From contig DAIPBO010000001.1 of NCBI GenBank assembly GCA_036774405.1, positions 22,968 to 86,967 of the forward strand: 64,000 bases of DNA, in the 5' to 3' direction. Below are positions 8,731-18,169 of the stretch, piece by piece. The notes under the pieces were generated by a model that was given only the letters and a program-made list of their open reading frames with translations, searched no databases and had not been told where the DNA came from. This DNA is from Chloroflexota bacterium. Lineage in GTDB: Bacteria; Chloroflexota; Anaerolineae; UBA1429. Numbering within the stretch: the first letter of the stretch is position 1; every line of letters starts with the position of its first letter. Both the position numbers and the translations under genes were made by a program.

Positions 8731-9722
8731 CGCCCCTCCTCTCGGTTAGGCGCGTTGCCTGCGTTGATGGCGCGCCTCAAGAACCCCTCGATGTTCGCGT
8801 TGGCGCGGTCTGCAGCTGCAAAAGGGAATGCCAGAAACGCGTGTGGGCAGCCCGGATAGATCGCCAGCTCAGTGCGATTGCCCGCCCGTGCCCAACGATA
8901 GGCCATCATCACCGAATCGTCGAGCAGCGGATCAGCGGTGCCCACGGTGAACAGCGCCGGCGGCAGGTCGCTCAGATCGGCATACAGCGGCGACACCTCG
9001 GGGTGCAACTCGAGGCCATGCGGTGCATACAGCTGCCACAGCCAGGTCACTTCGCCGGGAGAGAGCAGCGGACAGTCTTCGCCTAGGCGTACACGGCTGG
9101 GCAGGGGCGGCAGGCTAAAACAGCCATACTCGAGGCTGACGGCGCAATACCCTGTGCGGCCGTGTCTCTCTCTGAGGCGCGTTAGCGCTACCACGGCGAG
9201 GTTGGCGCCCGCCGATGTTCCGCTCATTATCAGTCGGTCGCTGCCGAATGCGTCACTTGCGTGCTCAACCAGCCAGGCAGCTACCGTGGCGCAGTCGTTG
9301 ACGGCCGCGGGAAAGGGGTGCTCGGGGGCCAGACGATAGTCGACACTGACGATGGCCAGGTTGAGACGATCTGCCAGGTCTACCAGGGCATCGTCAGACT
9401 GGTGCGGAAAGCCCAGGCAGAACCCGCCGCCATGGAGATCGAGGCAGATGCCGCGCACCTCTTGCGGCGTATAGACAGCCACTGGCACCTGCAGGCCGTC
9501 ATAGCGGATGACGCGATCCTCTACCTGTGCAAACCGCGGCGAAAGGCCCCATAGCCCGTCGCCCGCTGCCAACTCGTCGCGTAGCGCGACGATGCCTTGC
9601 TCGTACATACGCGGCTCGCCATCGGCCTCACGGGCGAGCCATCGCATAAAGGCGCGTGTCTCGGGCTCGATGGCCTCGGGGCGCAGCAGATCGGAGTCAA
9701 TCAGGGCTCTGCTCATCGACAT
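8727..9722 (-). CDS. alpha/beta hydrolase (esterase/lipase, HSL-like)
   Basis: HGGGFCLG oxyanion motif, GTSAGANLA GxSxG nucleophile elbow. Confidence 0.75.
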   Translation of the reverse strand: MSMSRALIDSDLLRPEAIEPETRAFMRWLAREADGEPRMYEQGIVALRDELAAGDGLWGLSPRFAQVEDRVIRYDGLQVPVAVYTPQEVRGICLDLHGGGFCLGFPHQSDDALVDLADRLNLAIVSVDYRLAPEHPFPAAVNDCATVAAWLVEHASDAFGSDRLIMSGTSAGANLAVVALTRLRERHGRTGYCAVSLEYGCFSLPPLPSRVRLGEDCPLLSPGEVTWLWQLYAPHGLELHPEVSPLYADLSDLPPALFTVGTADPLLDDSVMMAYRWARAGNRTELAIYPGCPHAFLAFPFAAADRANANIEGFLRRAINAGNAPNREEGR

Positions 9723-10566
9723 GGCCCTTGCGGGCGATCATGAGAATGTGCCCGCTGGTGGCGACGATGGCCGGATGGACCGCCAGCGCCAGGTGCGCCT
9801 CGAGCCAGTGCCTATAGCTCGTCGGCTCTTCAGTGGCCAGACGGTTGATGGCATCCCAATCATGTGAGCCGATGCCCTCAAGGCCCACACGCTGCAACAC
9901 CTCGAGCCCGGCGGCCTCGAGCAGCGCCTCCAGCTCCTCGGCCAGAAAAAAGTGGCAGTAGAACTTGGCCACAAACCGCTCGTCCTCACCGTCGCGCCAC
10001 AGCCGGCGCCACGATGTCTGCGCGGCGATCTCTTGCGGCCAGTTGGCTGGCGCTTCGATGACCACTGCCAGGCGCCCCATCACAGAGATGGCCACCAGGC
10101 CGCCCGGCCGCGTTACACGCGCCAGCTCGTCAACGGCCCGTTGACGGGCGTCGATGGTGCGCACGTGTGATAGCGGCCCGCCCAGGCACAGGCTAGCATC
10201 GAACTGGCCGTCGGCATAGCGCGATAGGTCGACGATGTTGCCCTGCTCGATGGTCAGTGCCGCGCCGACGCCAGCTTGTGCGGCCTCGCGGCGCGCAATG
10301 GTCAGCAGTTCGGGCGTCAGATCAAGCAGGGTGATCTGCAGGCCACGCCGAGCCAGAGCGATGGCATAGCGCCCTGGTCCACCGCCAGCATCGAGCACCT
10401 GGCCTGCCCTGGGCAGTAGGGGGGCGAGAAAGTGCAGCGTAGTGTCATACTCGAGGCGGTGGAACGGGTCTTGATCCAGCCGCGCCCACTCACGATCAGG
10501 GTCTTGGCCGTACAGAGCGGTGATGTGCGGCATGTGACTCCTCTCTCGCCGCAAGGCGTGCCTCAC
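9697..10566 (-). CDS. class I SAM-dependent methyltransferase
   Basis: VLDAGGGPGRYAIALARRGLQITLLDLTPELL motif I. Confidence 0.75.
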   Translation of the reverse strand: MRHALRRERSHMPHITALYGQDPDREWARLDQDPFHRLEYDTTLHFLAPLLPRAGQVLDAGGGPGRYAIALARRGLQITLLDLTPELLTIARREAAQAGVGAALTIEQGNIVDLSRYADGQFDASLCLGGPLSHVRTIDARQRAVDELARVTRPGGLVAISVMGRLAVVIEAPANWPQEIAAQTSWRRLWRDGEDERFVAKFYCHFFLAEELEALLEAAGLEVLQRVGLEGIGSHDWDAINRLATEEPTSYRHWLEAHLALAVHPAIVATSGHILMIARKGHVDEQSPD

Positions 10567-10805
10567 CCCTCTATGGGCGCGTCGGCATCGGTCTCAAGGA
10601 TGGCCTGCGCCAGCGCCACGTCGTTGGGGTGTACGCACACCTCGACACGACCCAGGCCATCTACGGTCAAGCCAAGGACGCGCCCCACCGCCTCGTAGCG
10701 CAGCACTACCTGCAGGCCCTCAGCCTCGAGTTTGCTGCGTGCCACTTCGGCGGCCAAGGGGCCCTGTGAGGTATACACCACCACCAGTTCAGGTCGTGCA
10801 CTCAT
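10563..10805 (-). CDS. DUF2007 domain protein (putative signal-transducing small protein)
   Basis: 80 aa, LVVVYTSQGPLAAEVARSKLEAEGLQVV pattern. Stop and start overlap neighbouring genes. Confidence 0.5.
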   Translation of the reverse strand: MSARPELVVVYTSQGPLAAEVARSKLEAEGLQVVLRYEAVGRVLGLTVDGLGRVEVCVHPNDVALAQAILETDADAPIEG

Positions 10806-11602
10806 AGCTCTACATACTGGACTTGGAGCGCCTCATCCTCCTCATAGCCCAGTACGGCCAGGGGGATGCGCTCGCACAAGGCGGGGTTCACCAAACACGT
10901 AATGTCTTCTCGGGTAGAGAGAACCCGCTCCAGCCGCCCATCGACCATCTGTATGACACGATCACAATACTCGACCATGCGCAGGTCGTGCGTCACCATG
11001 ATGGCAGCGCGATTCTCTGCGTGCACCAGCTGTGCCATGGTCTCGACCACCTGGAAGGCGCGCTCCGTATCGAGCGATGCTGTGGGCTCGTCGGCCAGTA
11101 CCAGTGTGGGCTGGTTGATGAGCGACCGCGCGATAGCCACGCGTTGCTGCTGTCCGCCAGAAAGCTGTCGCGGCAATGACTTCAGACGCTCTTCGAGGCC
11201 CAGGCGGACCAGGAGCTCGCGAGCACGCTCGCGCCCCGGACGATCGTACTCGCCGTTGAGCCGCAGCATGTACTCGACGTTCTCGAGCGCCGTCAGATAG
11301 GGCACCAGGTTATTATCCTGGAAAGTAAAGCCGATCTCGCGCCGACGAAACGCGGTGCGCTCGCGCTCTCTCATCTGCGTCAGGTCTTGCCCAGCGATGC
11401 GAATGGCGCCCGAGTTGGGCGCCAAAAGCCCCGCCAGCATGGCCAGCATGGTTGTCTTGCCTGAACCGCTGGGGCCCACCAGCGCGACGAACTCGCCTCG
11501 TTCAAGCGCCATCTCCATGCGGTCGACGGCAGTGATGATGCCATCTCCCGAGGGCGAGGGGTATTCCTTGGTGACCTGCACGGCCTCTAGTGCCAGCGTC
11601 AT
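10802..11602 (-). CDS. ABC transporter ATP-binding protein (MacB/LolD-like)
   Basis: Walker A GPSGSGKTT, LSGGQQQRVAIARSL signature, Walker B LVLADEPT. Start set to ATG 11600-11602 (MTLALEAV). AGGAGG Shine-Dalgarno sequence overlaps the permease stop. Confidence 0.85.
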   Translation of the reverse strand: MTLALEAVQVTKEYPSPSGDGIITAVDRMEMALERGEFVALVGPSGSGKTTMLAMLAGLLAPNSGAIRIAGQDLTQMRERERTAFRRREIGFTFQDNNLVPYLTALENVEYMLRLNGEYDRPGRERARELLVRLGLEERLKSLPRQLSGGQQQRVAIARSLINQPTLVLADEPTASLDTERAFQVVETMAQLVHAENRAAIMVTHDLRMVEYCDRVIQMVDGRLERVLSTREDITCLVNPALCERIPLAVLGYEEDEALQVQYVEL

Positions 11603-11610
11603 GCGCCCTC

Positions 11611-12771
11611 CTAGGCAGACAGGCCGAGCGCTGTGAGCGGCTCGACGCGCAGTGCATAGCGGATAGACACCAGCCCGCCCAGCGGGCCCATGAGCATGAT
11701 CGAGCCCACTGCGGCCAGCCCCGACTCCCAGGTAAAGACGATCGGCACATTCCCCGGAAAGACCTGCGCCAGCCCCAAAGCGGCTGCGCCGCCGATCAGC
11801 ACGCCAATGGCCGTCACCAGCACGATCTGCAGTAGCGAGGCCACGGCGATGGTGCGATTGGGCGTGCCCACCGCCTTGAGCATGCCGATCTGCCCCACCT
11901 TTTGCAGTGTCTGAATCTGAAAGAAACCGCCGATAACCAGCACGCCGATCAGCAAGGCAAAGCCACGTTGTGTGTTGAGCGTGCTCTGTTGCTCGCTGTA
12001 ACCTGGGGCATTTTCCCACGTCGCCTGGCGGTCAGCGATCGCAACGCGATCGACCTGCTCCAACAGGGCCTGGCGCACCTCGTCGGCCTGGGTTGGGTCG
12101 GCCAGTCGCACGGCCGCGATGTTGTGGGGCAGCTCCGTCATGTTCGAGCCGCCGGCCATGGCCTGGCTGCGGATGCGATCCCACGTGTCCATGGGCACGA
12201 ACACGGCCGAGCGGATGCTGTACTTGCGGCTGTCGGTGATGCCGATGACGGTGAGATCGTAGAGCGTCTCCCGATCATCCTGGATGCTGCGAATGGTTAC
12301 CCGGTCGCCCACGGCCAGGCCGGCCATCTGGGCCACCACGGCATCGAGCACAACCTCGTCGCTGGCGCTGCGGTACAGCGTCTTGCCCGACAACACAGGC
12401 GGCGCGCCAGGCAGGCCGGGCTCTACGCCGATCAGGCTGATGTCCATCGGCTTTGCGCTCGCTCGGGGGATCGAGGCCCCGGCAAATGCGATGGCGCCGG
12501 CCGCGTCCACGCCGCGCACACGGCGGATGGCCCTGAGTTGCGCGGGGCTGATCTGGCTCGCCGAGATCTGCAGTTGGGCAGTGTCTTGAAAGACGATCAG
12601 GTCGGCATCGAGCTTTTGCAGATACTCGCGGTTGCCCAGCCCAAGGCCTTCGCCCAGGGCTGCCACGAACAGAATGAGCAACGTGATCAGCGCGATGACC
12701 AGGCTGAACAGCAGAAAACGGGCGCGGTTGCGCCAAACCTCGAGCCACGCTAGATGAAACCCGTTGGACAT
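11611..12771 (-). CDS. ABC transporter permease (FtsX/MacB-like)
   Basis: N-terminal TM, periplasmic domain, C-terminal FtsX-type TM helices. Start at ATG 12769-12771 (MSNGF), preceded by GGGAGAG. Confidence 0.75.
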   Translation of the reverse strand: MSNGFHLAWLEVWRNRARFLLFSLVIALITLLILFVAALGEGLGLGNREYLQKLDADLIVFQDTAQLQISASQISPAQLRAIRRVRGVDAAGAIAFAGASIPRASAKPMDISLIGVEPGLPGAPPVLSGKTLYRSASDEVVLDAVVAQMAGLAVGDRVTIRSIQDDRETLYDLTVIGITDSRKYSIRSAVFVPMDTWDRIRSQAMAGGSNMTELPHNIAAVRLADPTQADEVRQALLEQVDRVAIADRQATWENAPGYSEQQSTLNTQRGFALLIGVLVIGGFFQIQTLQKVGQIGMLKAVGTPNRTIAVASLLQIVLVTAIGVLIGGAAALGLAQVFPGNVPIVFTWESGLAAVGSIMLMGPLGGLVSIRYALRVEPLTALGLSA

Positions 12772-12877
12772 GAGCAACTCTCCCACCACAGCCATCCATG
12801 AGCGATTATAGCATGCTCGGCGTTTGCAGGCTCACGGAGCAGGCGGTTAGCAGCAGCTGCTCACACCACCTTGCATT

Positions 12878-13096
12878 CTAGCGGGCAAGCGCGCCTGTGG
12901 GGCAGACGCGTAGGCAACGGCCGCAATCAGTGCAGCGTTGGGCATCGATGGTGGGCGCTTTCTGGCCGTCTTGCAGCAGGGCGCCCACCGGGCAACTGCG
13001 AACGGCAGGGCAGAGATGGTTCTGGGGGCAACGCTGTGAGACGACGCGCACGGGCAGTTCTCCTCCTGGACAGAAGATACCTATGGGGGGTATCAT
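12878..13096 (-). CDS. small 4Fe-4S ferredoxin-like protein
   Basis: 72 aa with CTDCGRCLRVCP (CxxCxxCxxxCP) plus a degenerate first Cys motif. Weak Shine-Dalgarno sequence. Confidence 0.4.
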   Translation of the reverse strand: MIPPIGIFCPGGELPVRVVSQRCPQNHLCPAVRSCPVGALLQDGQKAPTIDAQRCTDCGRCLRVCPTGALAR

Positions 13097-13132
13097 GAGA
13101 ACAGGATACCAGATGCACCAGCCAGCGCCAAA

Positions 13133-14143
13133 TCATACACGCCCCAGCAGCCGCTCGACCTCTTGCAGTTGTTCGGGCGACAGCGCTCCCCGCGCCAGGG
13201 CACCGGCGTTTTCAGTCACTTGCTCGGCTGTCTTGAACCCGGGGATGGGGATAGTATTCGGACTGCGCGCCCATAGCCATGCCAGCGCGCCCTGGGCCAG
13301 GGTGCGGCCATCGCTCTGGAGTACCTCGCGGACAGCGGCCAGCCTTTGTAGCCATTTGGGGCTGGGCACGCCATTATCAAAGTACTTCATCCAGGCCGGT
13401 GTCTTGCCGCGGATGTCGCTATCTGGCAACCGTGATGTGGACGTGTACTTGCCCGAGAGCAGCCCCATGGCCAGCGGCGAACGGTTGATGCTGGCCAGCC
13501 CCAGTTCTTCGCACAGAGCAACCATCTCGGGGGCATCGTCCAGCACGTTCAGACCATGCTGCACCGCCCGGCAGTGCGGGCCGACAGCGAAGGCTCGGGC
13601 TCGCGCCGGGTCGTCAGTGCTCCAGGCATAGGAGCGCACTTTACCCCGGGCCACTAACGTCTCCAGCGCATCGAGAACGCGGGGCACCGTCTCTAGCGCC
13701 GCGCCTCCGAGGTGCCATTGGTAGAGATCGATATAGTCAGTGCCCAGGCGGCGCAGCGAGGCCTCACATGCCTTTGCCACATAGGCGGGCGACGGATCGG
13801 CGCCGGTGATCTGGCGAGACTGCTCGTCGAACAGATTGCCCCACTTGGTGGCGATTACCACGTCGTCACGGCGTCCCTTGAGGGCCTGGCCGACGATACG
13901 CTCGCTGTGGCCGGCCCCATAGACATCGGCCGTATCAAAGAAGGTGATGCCGGCCTCGAGGCCCGCCTGGATGGCGCGCAGCGAGACCGCGTCATCGACT
14001 TGGCCCCAGCCTGACGGCATATCGCCGCTCCAGAACGGCCCACCGATGGCCCAGCAACCCAAGCCCATGGCACTTACTGGCATCCCAGAGCGCCCCAAAA
14101 CCCGTGTGGTTGTCTGCACGTCACTCCCTCTCTCCAGCAGCAA
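13133..14143 (-). CDS. aldo/keto reductase
   Basis: RVLGRSGMPVSAMGLGCWAIGGPFW N-terminal AKR signature and TIM-barrel pattern. Confidence 0.8.
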   Translation of the reverse strand: MLLERGSDVQTTTRVLGRSGMPVSAMGLGCWAIGGPFWSGDMPSGWGQVDDAVSLRAIQAGLEAGITFFDTADVYGAGHSERIVGQALKGRRDDVVIATKWGNLFDEQSRQITGADPSPAYVAKACEASLRRLGTDYIDLYQWHLGGAALETVPRVLDALETLVARGKVRSYAWSTDDPARARAFAVGPHCRAVQHGLNVLDDAPEMVALCEELGLASINRSPLAMGLLSGKYTSTSRLPDSDIRGKTPAWMKYFDNGVPSPKWLQRLAAVREVLQSDGRTLAQGALAWLWARSPNTIPIPGFKTAEQVTENAGALARGALSPEQLQEVERLLGRV

Positions 14144-14145
14144 CG

Positions 14146-14865
14146 CTATTCGATGATGGCCAACCCTGCCATCGCCACTGCCAGTGCCAGCAGATTGTTC
14201 ACCAGATGCACCACGACGGGCGCCCAGAGTGAGCCACTACGCTCATACACCCAGCAAAGCACCACGCCCAGCAGCATCGCCATCAGTATCTGCAGCGGGA
14301 TCATGTGGAACAGCCCAAACGCCAGTGAAGAGACTGACGCAGCTCCCCAAAATCCCCAACGTCTGCGCAGGGCGCCAAATAGCATGCCACGATAGAGCAA
14401 CTCCTCACCTACTGGCGCCGCGAGACCTCCCAGAAGCAGTACAGCCAGGCGTGCCCCCCAGCCGTCAGGCACCAGGGCTTGGGTGAGCAGTTCGGCCCCC
14501 TCCTGAAGCTGTGGCAGAATGGCGACAATGCCAAGAGCCAGCAGCTGCCGCAACACCAGGGCTGCTACAGCAACAGCCACACAGCGCCAGACCCAGGCCC
14601 TTGAGAGGCGAGTAAGGCCGATATCGTGTAGCGAAAGGCGCCTCAGCCTTGCCCAGACCAGCACCAGCCCCACTGATGAGGAGACTGACAGCGCCAGCGT
14701 CATGATGACCAGGCGCTCTTGCGAGGTTTCGCCTCGCAGTACCGCTGCCACTGCTACAACGATCTGCACCAGAAAGAAGAGCACGATGGCGATGATGGCG
14801 TCGCGCAAGCGCCACACTGTCGAGACGTGCGCTGGCGAGTGAGTCAGTGGCGCCGGTTGATCCAT
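14146..14865 (-). CDS. CPBP family intramembrane metalloprotease (CAAX protease/Abi)
   Basis: EELLYRG, FGLFH, HLVNN motifs in a polytopic membrane protein. Confidence 0.75.
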   Translation of the reverse strand: MDQPAPLTHSPAHVSTVWRLRDAIIAIVLFFLVQIVVAVAAVLRGETSQERLVIMTLALSVSSSVGLVLVWARLRRLSLHDIGLTRLSRAWVWRCVAVAVAALVLRQLLALGIVAILPQLQEGAELLTQALVPDGWGARLAVLLLGGLAAPVGEELLYRGMLFGALRRRWGFWGAASVSSLAFGLFHMIPLQILMAMLLGVVLCWVYERSGSLWAPVVVHLVNNLLALAVAMAGLAIIE

Positions 14866-14910
14866 GCGGTTACCGCCTGTCGAAAAGTGTTGCTGCGACA
14901 GAGCAGCGTT

Positions 14911-16155
14911 CTAGCTGCTATGAGGCCTGCGCGTGCCGGTCGCTGGCGTCCAGTTTGGGTCTTGCTCATATTCCTGACGGCAGCTCTGGCAGATGACGTG
15001 CGAAACGATGACGCCCCCCTCGTGTCGCAGCCAGGTGGCCAACGGTTGCCATGAGCCGCCCGGCGTGCGCGCCTGGCCACACCAGGCGCATACGGGGATG
15101 TAACTCGCAAGTTCGCGCAGACGCGCCCGCGCCTCGAGCTCGGGCGTGAGGTCGCGTACCACCAGCGCCTTGCCGCTGACCATGCCGCCACTGTAGACAT
15201 CGATAGAGGTCACCTCGTACGGCTCGGACTGGTCGCCCTTTTCGAGCTCGACGGGGGTGCGCTCGTGTTCTAGCGCTGTGAGCAGCGGCGGGAACGAAGC
15301 CAGCGCCTGCGCGGCAGGCTGGTGCACCAGTTTGCTCAAGGGAACGTCCAGATACTTGAGTGCAGTGGTGTTGGCATCCAGCACCTCGCCCAGGGCGTTG
15401 AGCGTGATCACGCCCAGCGGCAACTGCTGCAGCACCTGTGTGCGAGCCAGTGGCAGAATGTCGAACGCGTTGTAGCGAAAGGCCACCCACATGGCGCCCG
15501 ACAACCCCACCACGGTGGCGCTGGTAGCCAGATCAGACGAGCGCCCCTGCAATAGGCCGAGGTTGATGCCCACATGCACCAGGTTGACCAGCAGCAGGCC
15601 GCCCACAGCCAATAGAGGCGAGGTGCGGTAAGGCGCTGGCAGGCGTGTGATGCGATCTCCGAGCAACACCAGGGTTGCCAGCGATAAACCGTAGCTGTAG
15701 ATGCTGTGCACCCAGAACCAGCCCCCTGGGATCAGATCGAGCTGTCGGTAGGGGCCGTTCTGCACCATCTCAGCCGAGGTGATCAGGCCGTTGGGCGTTG
15801 GGCGGATGAACAGGAGATAAAGCGTGATGAAAGGCACAACGGCGAGCACCACCAGAGGGATCAGCCCCAACTTGTTGCGTCTTAGGGTGGCAGGCGTCAC
15901 CACGGCAATCAACATGACGGGCACCACCACGGTGCCCATGAGGCTGAGCCGAAAGCCGATCAACGCGGTACCGAGTTGGGTGCTCGACAGCTGTAGCGAG
16001 TGGGCTATACCCATGCAAACCACGAGCACCTGCGTGGCCACAAAGATGCCTGCACTGGAACGGTGTCGATTGCGCCAGCCATAGTACACCATAAAGCTCG
16101 CCACAACCGAGCCAGACAATGATATCAGTACCAGGGGATTGAACTGCCATGACAT
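14911..16155 (-). CDS. membrane sensor: N-terminal 7TM (HisKA_7TM-like) region, PAS-like domain, C-terminal Cys-rich zinc-ribbon-like tail; no kinase or output domain
   Basis: About 230 aa of hydrophobic helices. PLGVITLNALGEVLDANTTALKYL PAS-like segment. CAWCGQ...SHVICQSC near the C-terminus. Confidence 0.5.
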   Translation of the reverse strand: MSWQFNPLVLISLSGSVVASFMVYYGWRNRHRSSAGIFVATQVLVVCMGIAHSLQLSSTQLGTALIGFRLSLMGTVVVPVMLIAVVTPATLRRNKLGLIPLVVLAVVPFITLYLLFIRPTPNGLITSAEMVQNGPYRQLDLIPGGWFWVHSIYSYGLSLATLVLLGDRITRLPAPYRTSPLLAVGGLLLVNLVHVGINLGLLQGRSSDLATSATVVGLSGAMWVAFRYNAFDILPLARTQVLQQLPLGVITLNALGEVLDANTTALKYLDVPLSKLVHQPAAQALASFPPLLTALEHERTPVELEKGDQSEPYEVTSIDVYSGGMVSGKALVVRDLTPELEARARLRELASYIPVCAWCGQARTPGGSWQPLATWLRHEGGVIVSHVICQSCRQEYEQDPNWTPATGTRRPHSS

Positions 16156-16189
16156 CTCGTCAGCTCACCTCGAGTTGCGTCAGGACATC

Positions 16190-16218
16190 ATCATGGCGAT
16201 ATGCCGCCCCGCCGTCAA
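16190..16218 (-). promoter_or_regulatory. candidate promoter for the 7TM-PAS sensor gene (TTGACG-17-CATGAT)
   Basis: Minus strand: -35 TTGACG (16213-16218), 17-nt spacer, -10 CATGAT (16190-16195). Confidence 0.3.
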
Positions 16219-16283
16219 ATGCAGTCGGTACCGTGGTAGCCATATGGCCCTGTGGTCCAACCGATCATGCCTGCCGCAAAGGG

Positions 16284-16916
16284 CTAGTCGAACTCGGTCG
16301 GCAGTTGGGGCTCACGCCAGTGGGCAAACATGCGCAACAACTGCTCGCGTGTCACGCGCCCCAAAGATAGGGGTGGTAGGTCATTCTCGCCGAAAAAGCC
16401 CACTGCATCGGTCTCGATGGACGTCTGTCCCTCGCCTCCCACCAGTTCGCACACAAAGAAGAGCTTGTAGATGCTAAATGGATGGGGCCGATCGACATGG
16501 CGCGAGCGCTCGTGCACCAGCGCCAGTTTGATGGGCTCTACCTCATAGCCCGATTCCTCGCGCACCTCACGCACTGTGTTTTCGGCAGGCGTCAGGCCCG
16601 GATCAGCCCATCCGCCCGGCAAAGTCCATAGCCCATCACTATGCTCTTGCACCAGCAACACTTTGTGCTGTCGAAACACGGCGCCGCGCACATCGACCTT
16701 GGGCGTGGCATATCCGACCTGATCGTCAAACAGCGACTCGATCGTTGCCAATGGCGTGGTGGAGCCGGCCGCGAAAATCTCGGCTGACAGGGCGCGGAGC
16801 ATCTCGTACCGCTCGCGGTCGAATACGTTCTCACAGTAGGTCAGGCCATCTTGTGCGATGGCCTGCAGCTGCCGCGCCCAGGTGAGCCAGCGCGGTTCCT
16901 GGGGTTGTGCTGTCAT
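16284..16916 (-). CDS. NUDIX hydrolase with N-terminal NUDIX-associated domain
   Basis: Nudix box GGWADPGLTPAENTVREVREESG. Confidence 0.8.
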   Translation of the reverse strand: MTAQPQEPRWLTWARQLQAIAQDGLTYCENVFDRERYEMLRALSAEIFAAGSTTPLATIESLFDDQVGYATPKVDVRGAVFRQHKVLLVQEHSDGLWTLPGGWADPGLTPAENTVREVREESGYEVEPIKLALVHERSRHVDRPHPFSIYKLFFVCELVGGEGQTSIETDAVGFFGENDLPPLSLGRVTREQLLRMFAHWREPQLPTEFD

Positions 16917-18169
16917 GACATCAAGCGCTCCAACAGCGGCGCTACCGCCTCATACGAATAGTGCTGCGCGGCGATGGCATAGTTGTGCTCGGTAGTCGCT
17001 GCTGCGCGCCCGGGGTCGCCCAGCAATGACCGCACCGCCGCGACGGCCTCATCGGTCAGCGCGCCGTTGGCTACCTCGATGCAGTCGAATCCCTTGGCCG
17101 CCAGGTCGGCGGCATACACCTCGTAACGGTTCACCAGGATCGGCCGCCGAAAGTAGACGGCCTCGAGAAAGGCGTTGCCAAAGCCCTCGATTGTCGAGGG
17201 GTAAGACACCAGATCAGCCAGGGGGTAGGCGTCCCACAGCGCATAGACTTTGCTGCCACTGGGCGCGGTGCCACGGGTGGGGGCAAAGCGATCGGCCACA
17301 TAGAGCAAGTCTACCTCGCGCTCTTTGGCCAGGGTGCCCAGGCGGTGCAGATAGTCGAGCCCCTCGTCGCCCGCATGGTGGGTGATGACCAGCTTTATGC
17401 GTGGGTCGCCCAGCCGCGCCACCAACTCGATGGATAGCTCGATGTTCTTGCGGGGCACCACCCGCGTGGGCTGCAGCACCACGCGATCGTCGGGTCTCAG
17501 GCCGATGGTCGTGCGCAGATCAGCCACATAGCTGTCAGGGGGTGCCGGTGGGTGGGCATAGTCAAAGATGTTGGGCAAGAGGTCGGCTTGTACACCCTTG
17601 CGCGCCAGCAGCTCACGCGCTGCCAGTGAGTTGATCGCCAGATGCCGCACCGAGGGCAACGCCGGCGGGAAACAGCGGTCCAGAATGTCTTGCACGGCAC
17701 ACTGTGCAAAGCGAGGCCGCTCCCAATAGAGATCATGGTTGTGGGCGATGGTGCGTATACCCGTCGCCTGGACATAGTCGGTCAGTGCCACCCCCAGAGG
17801 AATCTGCATGGGGATTGCCACTGCATTCTGGATGAAGAGCACGTCGATGCTAAAGCGCCGCACATAGGTTGCAATGGCATCCTGGAGACGCAGCGCCATT
17901 GCCTTGATGCGCGGCCGCAGGTCACTGGGAGCAGCGGGGCCAAAAGCCTCATCGTGGATGCGGCGGGCTTCGGGCCACTCAAAGTGCATCTCGGGCACCA
18001 GCATGCCTGGCGGAGCGTCGGCATCCAGCTCTCCAGCGCAATAGAACACCTGGTGGCCACGAGAGCGCAGGATACTGGCGATCTTGGCCGTCTCTAGCGA
18101 GACGCCATCGGTGCCCGCCAGTCGTGTGGAGATGAACCCGATGTTCATGCCTGCACCTCCTTGAGCCAT
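16913..18169 (-). CDS. glycosyltransferase family 4 (retaining GT-B)
   Basis: GT4-like N- and C-terminal Rossmann halves, EGFGNAFLEA motif. Overlaps the start of the phosphorylase gene. Confidence 0.65.
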   Translation of the reverse strand: MAQGGAGMNIGFISTRLAGTDGVSLETAKIASILRSRGHQVFYCAGELDADAPPGMLVPEMHFEWPEARRIHDEAFGPAAPSDLRPRIKAMALRLQDAIATYVRRFSIDVLFIQNAVAIPMQIPLGVALTDYVQATGIRTIAHNHDLYWERPRFAQCAVQDILDRCFPPALPSVRHLAINSLAARELLARKGVQADLLPNIFDYAHPPAPPDSYVADLRTTIGLRPDDRVVLQPTRVVPRKNIELSIELVARLGDPRIKLVITHHAGDEGLDYLHRLGTLAKEREVDLLYVADRFAPTRGTAPSGSKVYALWDAYPLADLVSYPSTIEGFGNAFLEAVYFRRPILVNRYEVYAADLAAKGFDCIEVANGALTDEAVAAVRSLLGDPGRAAATTEHNYAIAAQHYSYEAVAPLLERLMS

